64,000 nucleotides of DNA from Candidatus Marinacidobacterales bacterium. GTDB taxonomy: Bacteria; Acidobacteriota; Vicinamibacteria; Marinacidobacterales; SMYC01. A program made the position numbers and the translations under genes. Shown here in pieces: positions 1-9,778 of this stretch; the first letter of the stretch is position 1; every line of letters begins with the position of its first letter. Location of the stretch: assembly GCA_965224085.1 (NCBI GenBank), contig CBDCYI010000009.1, positions 512,001 to 576,000 on the forward strand, read 5' to 3'. The notes under the pieces are model-generated. The model was not told the origin of the DNA. It made no database searches and was given only the letters and a program-made list of their open reading frames with translations.

Positions 1-2
1 AC

Positions 3-353
3 CATCTGATCGCCGACATGACGGGGGTGTCCCCCGGCCTCCTGTGTGATGGAGATCGGATCATGCGGGTACTGAATGAAGCGTTGGCCGAGGCAGGCTT
101 TCACTCCATCAGGAGCGTGGAACATCACTTCGTCAAGCGTGGCGCGGGATTTACGGGGATGGTCCTTTTGGAGGAATCCCATGCCGCCGTTCATACCTAT
201 CCCGAGCACGAATACCTCGCACTAGACATCTTCGCTTGCGGCAGCATCGATCCATCCACGGTCCTGGACACGTTGGTTTCAGAACTGGGTCCTACAGCAG
301 TCGACGTACGGACGCTGACACGCATTCCTCGCGCCAGCATTCCCGGCAGATAG
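3..353 (+). CDS. speD: S-adenosylmethionine decarboxylase proenzyme, 5'-truncated by window edge
   Basis: Frame is open from position 3 (HLIADM...). Contains the GFTGMVLLEESHAAVHTYPE self-cleavage (E-SH) motif and LDIFACG, typical of AdoMetDC. Confidence 0.9.
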   Translation, partial: HLIADMTGVSPGLLCDGDRIMRVLNEALAEAGFHSIRSVEHHFVKRGAGFTGMVLLEESHAAVHTYPEHEYLALDIFACGSIDPSTVLDTLVSELGPTAVDVRTLTRIPRASIPGR

Positions 354-453
354 AAATCCTCAATAGCCCGTCGAAGGAGTCCGACCAAGCTCAATGCCGC
401 AATGGCGGATGGATCCGGTGCTGCAGCAGACCTTAGACAAAAAATGGGGGCTG

Positions 454-1461
454 CTAGAAGGTCCAAACGATCAGGATCGAAGCGCCGATGTAGCCGAACG
501 CTTCGAGGAGGCCGGAACCGATATTTGGATGTTTCTGCGTTTGCTCGTTGACAAGTTTGACGCCGGGCGCCAGCAAGATGTCGGTGAATTTGTGGATGAA
601 AAACAACATTATGAAGCCAAATGTCACATCGACGGCGAACCGCATGAGGCTATTGGTCCACCCGGTGAAATCGCCGCTGACCGCCAGACCGATGATATTG
701 CCGATACCGATGAGTGCCCCTCCGAACGCCAGTCCCACCGCAGCGTTATCTCGCTCCAGCTCTTCAAGGAACCTGTACGGGGTCACGAACTCGTACAGCC
801 GTCCGGCGATCACCAGCACCACCTGGGCGAGTAGCCAGAAAGCCAACAGAACAAGCATGCCGGAACCCAGGGCGCCGGATGTACTCGCCACTGGAGAAGT
901 TCCCGCTACATCGCCCTCGGAGGCGCCGAGAATAATCAGGCCGTTGGCGATGTATACGCCGGCCTCGACGAACCCGACGCCGAGGTTGCGATCCTGGACA
1001 ACCTCTTTGGTATTATTGAATGTCGGTAGAAGGATCTTCTCGCACATGGCGCTGGCCAGCAGCATAAGCACGATGGCGGAAAGACCGTAGACACCGATCA
1101 TAACCGCGTCCGTTATCAGACCCTGTGATTCGCCTGAAATCGCCCCGCCGAAAGCGATCAAAATTCCGAAGTAAAAGCCAACCGTTGAGATTGCGAGTGC
1201 CTGGTTGTCCCGACTGAAAAGCTCGGCATTCAATTCCACACGCCGATACAGCCTAGAATAAGCGAACTTCGCGATCCACAAGAGAACAAACGCCTCAAGG
1301 ATATAAACGAAGGATTGGCCAATCAGGTAGAGACTACCTGCGAGAGAAAACTGGGCCAGCGGTGGAGTAGGAGTTTGCGCAGAGAGGGTAAATTCCGGTC
1401 CGGCGAATATTGGGGCGGCTAACAGAAGTACGACAGCGGGCAAGACCGGCTGTTTGCTCAT
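454..1461 (-). CDS. DUF350 (YjfL-like) polytopic membrane protein with tandem repeats
   Basis: Many TM segments; repeated motifs (ELFSRDNQALAI, EVVQDRNLGVG, EELERDNAAVG, QKHPNIGSG) typical of DUF350; operon context. Confidence 0.75.
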   Translation of the reverse strand: MSKQPVLPAVVLLLAAPIFAGPEFTLSAQTPTPPLAQFSLAGSLYLIGQSFVYILEAFVLLWIAKFAYSRLYRRVELNAELFSRDNQALAISTVGFYFGILIAFGGAISGESQGLITDAVMIGVYGLSAIVLMLLASAMCEKILLPTFNNTKEVVQDRNLGVGFVEAGVYIANGLIILGASEGDVAGTSPVASTSGALGSGMLVLLAFWLLAQVVLVIAGRLYEFVTPYRFLEELERDNAAVGLAFGGALIGIGNIIGLAVSGDFTGWTNSLMRFAVDVTFGFIMLFFIHKFTDILLAPGVKLVNEQTQKHPNIGSGLLEAFGYIGASILIVWTF

Positions 1462-1494
1462 AATGAAATCCTTATTGTGCCGTCGGGTCGAAGA

Positions 1495-2220
1495 TCATTT
1501 TCCCAGGCTGCTCCATCCAGAGGCCGCCCGGCTGGTTGCTCTGGCCTGGAAACGCGCCTGTTTGGCCTGATACCTCTGAGAGAAAGATGGCCGCGTTGTG
1601 GCCGTCGCAGTACCGTTCGCGCCGAAAGTGGGCCGCCCACCGGTCTGAGGGCCGTAATACGACTGTCCGCGGTTCCTCGTGCCGGTGTAGGCGTCGTAGT
1701 CCCCCCGATTGATTCGGTGACCACCTAGCGCGGCGCTCATGAACGCGTACTGCCCGTAAAAGATCCAGAATCCGCCGGGACCAAAGTACCCGTATTGGCT
1801 ACGGCCCACATGCTGATAGTAGGGAGGGTGGCTCTGGTCATAGCCGGTCAAGGTGCCATCTGCCCTCTTTGCAGCCACTACCATACCGATGGATCGTTCA
1901 TAGCGGTCTACCAGCCTGTCGGAAATCGAATACGTGTCCAGCCGTTCATCAAACTGGGCGGCTGTTCCCATGTCGGGGTTCTCTCCGATTGGCTCGGTGA
2001 CCTGGAAGCTGCTCTTGAGCGCCATGCTGTTTCGCAGAAACCCGTCCTCGACATCGTCCACGACGATCGAATACTCGGGATACTGCGCAAGCTGCTGCAC
2101 CAAATTCGGAAGCGGGTCGTCCCTCGACAGCAAGCCGACGACGAGCCAGACACCGAGCAGTATCCCGACCACAACCATGCCCACCAGGACCCAGCGTTCC
2201 TCGTTTGTCTGCCTGGGCAT
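1495..2220 (-). CDS. membrane-anchored protein with Gly/Tyr/Arg-rich C-terminus (YjfM/DUF1190-like position)
   Basis: AAGGAG RBS before the ATG at 2220; N-terminal TM helix; HVGRSQYG...FWIFYGQYAFM motif followed by a low-complexity tail. Confidence 0.6.
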   Translation of the reverse strand: MPRQTNEERWVLVGMVVVGILLGVWLVVGLLSRDDPLPNLVQQLAQYPEYSIVVDDVEDGFLRNSMALKSSFQVTEPIGENPDMGTAAQFDERLDTYSISDRLVDRYERSIGMVVAAKRADGTLTGYDQSHPPYYQHVGRSQYGYFGPGGFWIFYGQYAFMSAALGGHRINRGDYDAYTGTRNRGQSYYGPQTGGRPTFGANGTATATTRPSFSQRYQAKQARFQARATSRAASGWSSLGK

Positions 2221-2553
2221 TCTAAACTCCTTGGAACATCTTTGACCCTGGTAGTGCCTACGCATTCCCACTGGGCAGGATGTTCATGAATTGATACTCT
2301 TGCACATATTCACCCGCGACGAACTTGAAATCCCTTTCTCCGTACTGCGTCACGAACAGCACATTCTTCCCTGAACTATCACAGTAGGTCCAACTAATAA
2401 AGCTTTTTCCCGGGCCAGCGGCGCTTTCATGGAACAGGCCCGCACCACTCTCCATCAGTCGATAGCTCCGCCCATCGTGGGTCAGGGTTTTGGGTGGATC
2501 TTCATGTCGGATGGTGTGTTCAATGACCTCCTCGGCAATCTGACAGATAGCAA

Positions 2554-3894
2554 CATATCTGGACTCCTCAATCATATCTGGACTCCTCAATCAACACCTT
2601 TCTTATCTGGACTCCTCAATCAACACCTTTCTCAAAAAAGTCTTCCTCAGAGCTGCTCGTCCAAATCGGTGACGAGTGGGTCAGACTGCAAACATATCTA
2701 CGGCCTCAGTGAGGAGCGTCTTGGGTGCTCCGGGCCATGACGGAAAATCCGCGCGCGAGGAGCCAATCACTTTGAGCGACCTCAATCAGCCTTGGAAGGG
2801 AAGAAGGAAAACACGAAAGTGGAGCCTGAGCGACCTCTGAGGGCCAGTGTTGCTATCGGCTTGACCCCGCGCCGGCTCCGGCACGGTACGCCGTCCGACC
2901 GGTACGCCGTCAGTTGGATGGGTATCGTCGCAGCCTCTGTTGGAAGGGAAGAAGGAAAACACGAAAGTGGAGCCTCTATGCGGCCGCGGGCACCGACTGG
3001 AATTCACTCTCGCGGGTGGAGACGGCCCAGACTATCCGGGCGAGTTTGTTGGCGACATATCTGGACTCCTCAATCAACACCTTTCTTATCTGGACTCCTC
3101 AATCAACACCTTTCTCAAAAAAGTCTTCCTCAGAGCTGCTCGTCCAAATCGGTGACGAGTGGGTCAGACTGCAAACATATCTACGGCCTCAGTGAGGAGC
3201 GTCTTGGGTGCTCCGGGCCATGACGGAAAATCCGCGCGCGAGGAGCCAATCACTTTGAGCGACCTCTGAGGGCCAGTGTTGCTATCGGCTTGACCCCGCG
3301 CCGGTCCGACCGGTACGCCATCAGTTGGATGGGTATCGTCGCAGCCTCTGTTGGAAGGGAAGAAGGAAAACACGAAAGTGGAGCCTCTATGCGGCCGCGG
3401 GCACCGACTGGAATTCACTCTCGCGGGTGGAGACGGCCCAGACTATCCGGGCGAGTTTGTTGGCGACATATCTGGACTCCTCAATCGCGGCTTTGTTCTG
3501 ACTCCCCGCGAGCGGTGGACCTTTCTCGTCGCCTCAGGCGCGGAGCTGCTCGTCCGGGCTCTTGCGACGTGGCCGCTCGGAGCACGGCAAACGTCCGCCC
3601 TGCAGTGAGGAGCGTACGGAGGTAGGAGTCGCCACGCTTGGGATGCGCCCGAGGCGGCGAATGTCACCACTGGAGTTCTCTTTGGGAACGAGGCCGAGGT
3701 AACTCGAGAGCGGCGTCCCGATGGGAAGCGGCGCAGATCCCCAACGAAGCCGACGATGGCGGTCGCGGTCAGAAGTCCGATGCCGGGAATGGTGAGAAGT
3801 CGTTGCACCTCAGGAAGCTGCTTGGCGAGCGCCTTGAGCTCGTGCTCGATGCCAGCGCACTTGTCCTTGAGCTCTCGAATCTCGGAGCACGCAT
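2554..3894 (-). repeat. tandem partial copies of the IS110 right end and transposase 3' end
   Basis: The (CA)TATCTGGACTCCTCAATC terminus recurs at ~2554, 2574, 2605, 3056, 3087, 3467 and 3895. The ~300-bp non-coding end is present in two extra copies, plus transposase fragments. Confidence 0.85.
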
Positions 3895-3924
3895 CATATC
3901 TGGACTCCTCAATCAACACCTTTC

Positions 3925-4196
3925 TCAAAAAAGTCTTCCTCAGAGCTGCTCGTCCAAATCGGTGACGAGTGGGTCAGACTGCAAACATATCTACGGCCTC
4001 AGTGAGGAGCGTCTTGGGTGCTCCGGGCCATGACGGAAAATCCGCGCGCGAGGAGCCAATCACTTTGAGCGACCTCTGAGGGCCAGTGTTGCTATCGGCT
4101 TGACCCCGCGCCGGTCCGACCGGTACGCCATCAGTTGGATGGGTATCGTCGCAGCCTCTGTTGGAAGGGAAGAAGGAAAACACGAAAGTGGAGCCT
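3925..4196 (-). ncRNA. candidate bridge/seek RNA of the IS1111-type element
   Basis: Non-coding region downstream of the transposase carrying segments that match the target (4085-4096, 4061-4066) and the donor junction (3986-3992, 4030-4036). Boundaries are approximate. Confidence 0.7.
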
Positions 4197-5231
4197 CTAT
4201 GCGGCCGCGGGCACCGACTGGAATTCACTCTCGCGGGTGGAGACGGCCCAGACTATCCGGGCGAGTTTGTTGGCGACAGCAATCGCGGCTTTGTTGTGTC
4301 CCCGCGAGCGGTGGACCTTCCGCGCCCAGGCGCGGAGCTTGTCGGGCGGGCTCTTGCTGACGTTGGCCGCTCGGAGCACGGCGCGTCCGCCCTGCGTGAG
4401 GAGCGTACGGAGGTAGGAGTCGCCACGCTTGGTGATGCGCCCGAGGCGGCGAATGTCACCACTGGAGTTCTCTTTGGGAACGAGGCCGAGGTAACTCGAG
4501 AAGCGGCGTCCCGATGGGAAGCGGCGCAGATCCCCAACGAAGCCGACGATGGCGGTCGCGGTCAGAAGTCCGATGCCGGGAATGGTGAGAAGTCGTTGCA
4601 CCTCAGGAAGCTGCTTGGCGAGCGCCTTGAGCTCGTGCTCGATGCCAGCGCACTTGTCCTTGAGCTCTCGAATCTCGGAGCACGCATCACGCAGGTGCGG
4701 ACGGAGCACGTCGGGCAAATCAGAATCAGCGTCTTCGACGAGCTCGGAGATGGCGGGCACGACGAAGTGAGCGCCCTTGGGGATGAAGAGTCCGAGCTCG
4801 CGCAGGATCCCGCGTACGGCATTGATGCGTGCGGTCCGTGTGGAGAGCCATCCTGAGCGTAGGCGATGGAGCGCGGCGAGGGTGTGCTGGCGCACGGACT
4901 TGATGGGCACCGAAAGAATCTCCTCGTTCCGGTAAGCCTCGAGCAAAGCTTTGGTGTCCGCGCGGTCGTTCTTGCTCCCGCGTCGATACGGCCTTACGAG
5001 GTGAGGTGGGAGCAGGACGACGTCGTGTCCCAACCGTCGCAACGTCCTTGCCCAAAAGTGAGCCGAGCCGCAGGCTTCGAGAAGCACGGTGGCAGCGCTC
5101 TGTTTCGCAAAAAACGACACCAACTTGGGTCGACTCACACGGAGTTGCTTGGACACTTTCCCCGCTTCGCGCGAGATGGCAATCTCGAAGACGTTCTTTG
5201 CAAGATCCACAGCGATCGTCGTATCTTTCAT
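4197..5231 (-). CDS. IS110-family DEDD recombinase/transposase
   Basis: IAVDLAKNVF, LEACGSAHFW, KND, TIPGIG, SYLGLVPKENSSG, GRITKRGD, ANKLARI motifs; GGAGGAG RBS. Confidence 0.95.
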   Translation of the reverse strand: MKDTTIAVDLAKNVFEIAISREAGKVSKQLRVSRPKLVSFFAKQSAATVLLEACGSAHFWARTLRRLGHDVVLLPPHLVRPYRRGSKNDRADTKALLEAYRNEEILSVPIKSVRQHTLAALHRLRSGWLSTRTARINAVRGILRELGLFIPKGAHFVVPAISELVEDADSDLPDVLRPHLRDACSEIRELKDKCAGIEHELKALAKQLPEVQRLLTIPGIGLLTATAIVGFVGDLRRFPSGRRFSSYLGLVPKENSSGDIRRLGRITKRGDSYLRTLLTQGGRAVLRAANVSKSPPDKLRAWARKVHRSRGHNKAAIAVANKLARIVWAVSTRESEFQSVPAAA

Positions 5232-5599
5232 TCGGACTCCTCCTTTTTCGATGCGTTCTTTCGACTGACTTTGGCACATCGATGCCGTCTATGTCAGCGG
5301 AGGAGTCCATCCCATCACTTTCTGTCAGCGTCCAGGAAATCTCGCCGTCACTATCAGCCCGCTCCAGGTAGCCGACCTTGTCGGAGGTTTCGATTACCCA
5401 TTCCTTAGTCTCGAATCCAGAGTAGTCGTAGGTGTTATACCCTGTGACCTCCCATGTCTTCATATCGTAGTCAACGAGGTATCCCACTTTCATGGCGCCC
5501 AGTTTATAGTCCACTAGCGAGTCGGATTCCCCATCGTCGGACGCTCCGCCAAACCATTTTCCCAATACTATCATTCATTTTCCATCGGAAAGCATCGGA

Positions 5600-7177
5600 C
5601 TACCATCGAGCGAGATCCTCGCGATAATACCTCGCCAGACGCGGTCGTGCCAAGGTGTTGGGCTCGACGTCAACGCGGGACATGTCCGCATCGAAGTCCA
5701 GCTTGGACAAGAAGAGCTCCTTGTGCAGGTAACGCAGCCCGGGCAAAAACTCGATGTCACTGGGATCGATCGGTTGACCGGACCCGAGATGAAAGCCCCA
5801 TTCGCCGAAGGAAGGCACGTAGGCGTGAAAAGAGAGCACCTCGAAGCCCGCTTCCTTGATTGTTTCGCCGATCGACCAGTAGGCCCGGCGCGTGTAGTAG
5901 GGGCTCGTCGCCTGGGCAATCACCACTCCTCCGGGAGCCAGATGCCGCCGAATCAACCTGTACGCTTCGACCGAAAACAGTTTTGAGATCTCCTCTTCTC
6001 GTGGATCCGGCAGATCGATTATCACGACAGAATAGGGTTCGTGTTCCCTCTGCAGGAAAGTAAACCCATCCTCGTTCGTCACACTCACTCGCGAGTGGCT
6101 CAAGGCGTTCTGGTTCAGGTCCGTGAAATAAAGATTGCGCCTGGCAAGGGTCGTCATCGCCGGATCGAGGTCCACGAGTTCGATCTCTTCCACTTCGGCA
6201 TACCGGAGGATCTCACGAACCGCGAGACCGTCACCTCCGCCGATGACAAGAACCCGAGCTCGGTTATGCGATAACGCCATTGCGGGGTGAACCAGCGCCT
6301 CGTGATACCGGTATTCGTCGACTGACGAGAACTGCAGATGCTCGTTCAAATAGAGTTGAGTTTCGCCCTTCCAACGCGTAACCACAATCTTCTGATACTC
6401 GGTCTGCGTACTGGAAACCACCTGGCCGTCGTAGAGAGAATCTTCCCATCGCTCCATCAGGGGTTGGGCCTCAATTGCGAACCCAGCCAATACCATGGAA
6501 ATTAGGACGCCCTGAGCGACGAGTTGTCCCCGGTCCCTGACCGACAGCTGAGCCCACACAGCCATAAGAATTGCCGAACCGGAAAGAACGTTGAGGGCGC
6601 CGGCGACCAGTGATGTATGAAGCGCTCCGAGAACCGGCAAGCAAAAAAACGGAAATAGAACAGCGGCGGCTAGAGCGCCGACGTAATCGACCGAAAGCAC
6701 ATTCGACAGGATCGTCCGTAACGATCCGTGTCTTCGCAGGATTCGTGTCAGGAGGGGGATCTCCAGCCCGATGAGCGTGCCGATGATCAGGATGATGACG
6801 AGCATCAGGTACTTGTAGACGCTTGTGTAGGCATGGGCTAGGTACAGAGCTGGAACTGTCAGGCCTCCGAACAACCCGAGCCAGAGTTCCAACGCCACCA
6901 GCCGCCGGATCAATTTTCCATGAACGGCCCGCGAGATCCACGAGCCTAGGCCCATCGCGAAAAGAAAGAATCCAATTGTCAGCGAGTATTGTTTGACACT
7001 GTTTCCCAGGAAATACGAAGAGACACTTCCAACCAGTAGTTCGTAAACGATTCCGCACGCCGCGGCAACAAAAATCGATACGAGTATCAGGAACAGCCCC
7101 CCCCTCGACATCTTTTCCTCTCCGGACCCGACATCGTCGAACTCTAGATCGCCGTCAGGTGCCTTGCTGAAGCTCAT
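5600..7177 (-). CDS. speE: polyamine aminopropyltransferase (spermidine synthase) with N-terminal membrane domain
   Basis: YELL..., LYLNEHLQFSSVDEYRYHEALVHP, VLVIGGGDG, VDLDP, IIDLPDP, YVPSFGEWGF motifs; ATGA overlap with the upstream gene. Confidence 0.92.
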   Translation of the reverse strand: MSFSKAPDGDLEFDDVGSGEEKMSRGGLFLILVSIFVAAACGIVYELLVGSVSSYFLGNSVKQYSLTIGFFLFAMGLGSWISRAVHGKLIRRLVALELWLGLFGGLTVPALYLAHAYTSVYKYLMLVIILIIGTLIGLEIPLLTRILRRHGSLRTILSNVLSVDYVGALAAAVLFPFFCLPVLGALHTSLVAGALNVLSGSAILMAVWAQLSVRDRGQLVAQGVLISMVLAGFAIEAQPLMERWEDSLYDGQVVSSTQTEYQKIVVTRWKGETQLYLNEHLQFSSVDEYRYHEALVHPAMALSHNRARVLVIGGGDGLAVREILRYAEVEEIELVDLDPAMTTLARRNLYFTDLNQNALSHSRVSVTNEDGFTFLQREHEPYSVVIIDLPDPREEEISKLFSVEAYRLIRRHLAPGGVVIAQATSPYYTRRAYWSIGETIKEAGFEVLSFHAYVPSFGEWGFHLGSGQPIDPSDIEFLPGLRYLHKELFLSKLDFDADMSRVDVEPNTLARPRLARYYREDLARW

Positions 7178-8871
7178 TGAACTGGCGCCGCCTCTCCGGA
7201 TAGACCCTTGATTGACGATTCGAATGTTCTGCCGAGGCGCTTCAGGACCTGTTCGGCCGCCCGGATGCCGGAAAAACAAGCTTCTTCGAACAGCGGCAGT
7301 CCCGTCGTGTCACAAGAGGCGAAACACACGTTTCCGAAAGGCTCCCTCCGAATTAGGCTTTCGCGTCCCCATATGACTCCCGGGCTCGGTCGGATCATGG
7401 CGTGACCCCACCGGTAAACGTCGATGTGGCTGACGACACGCTCCAGATCTGGATGGGCCACCAACAAGTCCTGCATGATCACATTGACCCAATAAGGATG
7501 TTCTTCTTCCAGAAGCTTCTGACGAGCCTGATCGATGTCCTCGACGAACGGGAGATAATAAACTAGGACCGATGGGTTGTCTCTGTAGTCGCTTCGGGTC
7601 TGGTGATCAGCAACAACGTAGCCTAAGGATTGGCTATTGTAGAGTACATTGTCCCATGCGATCGAAACTTCGGTGTTTGTGGGCAACTCGCTCACGTGGA
7701 TACTGGCGGTCAGCCATGGACTGTAATCGCAGGATTCGATCGCTGCTACCTGTGGACCTGGCAATCCATCGACCAGGAAGGGCGCGGTATGGAGCTTGGA
7801 GGCATGGATCACGGTTTGGGCCAAAATACTGCGATATGTCTCACTGAGTGTATCGAAGTATCCGACCCGGACGCCGCCATCATCGTTGTCGATCCGGAGC
7901 ACCACGCATTGCAGTCGGTATTGCGAGTCTGCTAGGTCTTGGGCTAGGCGTTGTACGAGAAATCCGTTTCCCGCAGGCCACGTCAAGGTATCCGAAGGGT
8001 ACTCGTTCCGCAGCCGCTGGTCGTAGTATCGGCAGGCGAAGTAGTGAATGCCGGCCCAGGCCGACACCGTTGCCATCGTGCCCCCGTAATCATCCCGGCA
8101 AGCGTAATTGATCATCCAATCCAACCGCGGCGAATTCCATCCTTTGGCGCGGACATAGGTTTCCATCGAAATGTCATCTAGTTGGCGAACGTGGGAGTCG
8201 GTGGTGCTGTAGCTGAGAGGGATGGCAAATGCGCGCCGTCCGTCGAAACCGCGGTAAAGGGTCCAGGAAAGCATGTCGTCCTCAAAGGCGAGGATGGTTT
8301 CCTGTTCTCCTGCTGATGCTCCGCCGAGCAGATTCCATTCGATCCATCTTCCGTCCGTGAAGAGACGTTCGGTCGGCCATCGCAGGATATGTTCTTCGGG
8401 AATTCTCGGCCGGCCGGCCTCGTCGTAGCCTTCGATTATCCCGAGGTCAGACAGGACTTCTTTGATGCAGTCCGCTTCCGCTGGCGGAACATTAATATAG
8501 TGTGCGGCCCAGGCGAATTCGGTGCCTTCTGCGCTTCCGGAGGCAGCGGTGCCTCCAAGCCAGGGCTCCATTTCCAGCAGAATAAAGTTGTCCAGTCCGG
8601 CCTTCTTCAGCTTCCAAGCTGCGCACAGCCCCGAAACGCCTCCCCCAACGATGGCGACATCGAAGGTATGAGCTTCAGATTCGGGAAACCGATCGCGGGG
8701 GCGAGATTCGCGAAGAAGATGCCCCGCCCGCGGGTTTCCTCCCACGATTCGCCCCGGGATGTCGAAGGTCCTGGCAGGCACAGTGCCTGCATTCCAGCAC
8801 GAAGGGACGACTCCCAAAAGGCTACTGGTCGAGGCGAGGTGGAGGAACTGGCGGCGTGTGAAGGACGACAT
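7174..8871 (-). CDS. FAD-dependent oxidoreductase (flavin amine oxidase family) with twin-arginine-like leader
   Basis: TRRQFL leader; DVAIVGGGVSGL dinucleotide motif; RDDYG, RWGHAM, LPLFEEA motifs seen in speE-linked oxidases. Confidence 0.85.
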   Translation of the reverse strand: MSSFTRRQFLHLASTSSLLGVVPSCWNAGTVPARTFDIPGRIVGGNPRAGHLLRESRPRDRFPESEAHTFDVAIVGGGVSGLCAAWKLKKAGLDNFILLEMEPWLGGTAASGSAEGTEFAWAAHYINVPPAEADCIKEVLSDLGIIEGYDEAGRPRIPEEHILRWPTERLFTDGRWIEWNLLGGASAGEQETILAFEDDMLSWTLYRGFDGRRAFAIPLSYSTTDSHVRQLDDISMETYVRAKGWNSPRLDWMINYACRDDYGGTMATVSAWAGIHYFACRYYDQRLRNEYPSDTLTWPAGNGFLVQRLAQDLADSQYRLQCVVLRIDNDDGGVRVGYFDTLSETYRSILAQTVIHASKLHTAPFLVDGLPGPQVAAIESCDYSPWLTASIHVSELPTNTEVSIAWDNVLYNSQSLGYVVADHQTRSDYRDNPSVLVYYLPFVEDIDQARQKLLEEEHPYWVNVIMQDLLVAHPDLERVVSHIDVYRWGHAMIRPSPGVIWGRESLIRREPFGNVCFASCDTTGLPLFEEACFSGIRAAEQVLKRLGRTFESSIKGLSGEAAPVQ

Positions 8872-9076
8872 TCTGGATGATACCCGCCTTTTGAAGACTT
8901 TTTTCAAGCGATCCCCGCCCCAAGTGGGGTTCGGCGTCGGCAGCCGGGAATCGATAGTGAAGCGAGCTTCGCCGAGCAAGATTCGATGGGAACGTTCAGG
9001 GCAACAACGGTATCGATCCACCGATCTCGGTGCCGGTGCTCGGTGAGTCCGCTCTCCGACGGAGATTGCTTAAAAC

Positions 9077-9778
9077 TCAGATGCCCATTTTCTTCTTGAG
9101 CTCAGCCAGCGAATCACTAGTCTCTGCCGCGCTGGTCTCCGCAAGGGTTCTGTTGATCTCCTCCTCAAGGGTTGCGCTCGCGTCGGTCATTTCCCCGTAG
9201 GCCTCGGCAAGCGACTCCTCCTCGATTACTTTGTCCTTCATCTTTTCCAGTAGCGCAATCGTACTAGAGGAATCGACGTTCGACATCTGCTGGTTTATTT
9301 TCCGCATGGACGTGGCAGTCTTGGCACGTGCTTTCAAGGTCACTAACTCGGTCTCGTAGCGGGTGACCGTTTCCTTCAGCGTTTGCACCTTTGCCTGAAG
9401 CTGATCCCCCATGGCTTTCTGCTGCTCGTGATCCTTCTTGAGGGTGTCTGCACGTTGTAACGCTTCTTCCTTCTTGGTCAAAGCTTCGGTTGCCAGACGT
9501 TCCGCTTCAGCTTCTTGCAGATTCCCGGTCTTCATTTTCTGGAGAAGAAGCATGGCTTTTCTCTCGTAATCATTCGCAAGCTTTCTTTGGTCATCCGAGT
9601 CCTTTTTAAGACGAATTGCGATCGCTTTAACTTGAGCCAAACTCCGCATGGAACCTTGCAGGTCTTTCTTCAGGTCGCGAATTCCTTGCTCGCTCAGCTT
9701 GATCGGGTCCTCAAGCTGATCCACCACAGAATGTGCCTGGGACTGTACGTTTTTGAAAATTCTTTGGAAAAAACTCAT
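9077..9778 (-). CDS. pspA: PspA/IM30 family protein (YjfJ-like)
   Basis: MSFFQRIF amphipathic start, LEDP motif, long coiled coil, LAELKKKMG C-terminus. Confidence 0.9.
   Translation of the reverse strand: MSFFQRIFKNVQSQAHSVVDQLEDPIKLSEQGIRDLKKDLQGSMRSLAQVKAIAIRLKKDSDDQRKLANDYERKAMLLLQKMKTGNLQEAEAERLATEALTKKEEALQRADTLKKDHEQQKAMGDQLQAKVQTLKETVTRYETELVTLKARAKTATSMRKINQQMSNVDSSSTIALLEKMKDKVIEEESLAEAYGEMTDASATLEEEINRTLAETSAAETSDSLAELKKKMGI

Larger units (their letters stand above)
3895..5317 (-). mobile_element. IS110 family, IS1111-group insertion sequence
   Basis: Sub-terminal IR TGGACTCCTC / GAGGAGTCCA (5300-5309); CA core at both junctions (2554-2555, 5316-5317); no TSD; long non-coding region 3' of the transposase. 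Confidence 0.9.
2258..5574 (-). pseudogene. DUF4178 (YjfK-like) gene split by IS110-family insertion (halves 5574-5316 and 2553-2258)
   Basis: Removing the insertion restores a 555-nt ORF reading ...GEISWTLTES-V-AICQIAEEVIEH...; motifs GYLVDYDMKTWEV, EW, SWTY fit DUF4178. Confidence 0.8.

Noticed and set aside
2554-3900. CRISPR-like array from recurring TATCTGGACTCCTCAATC
   Set aside because: Spacing is irregular, the intervening sequences are IS-derived duplicates, the repeat is the IS1111 terminus, and no cas genes are present.
4726-5574. 282-aa ORF as a real protein
   Set aside because: It is the DUF4178 N-terminus reading through into IS sequence.
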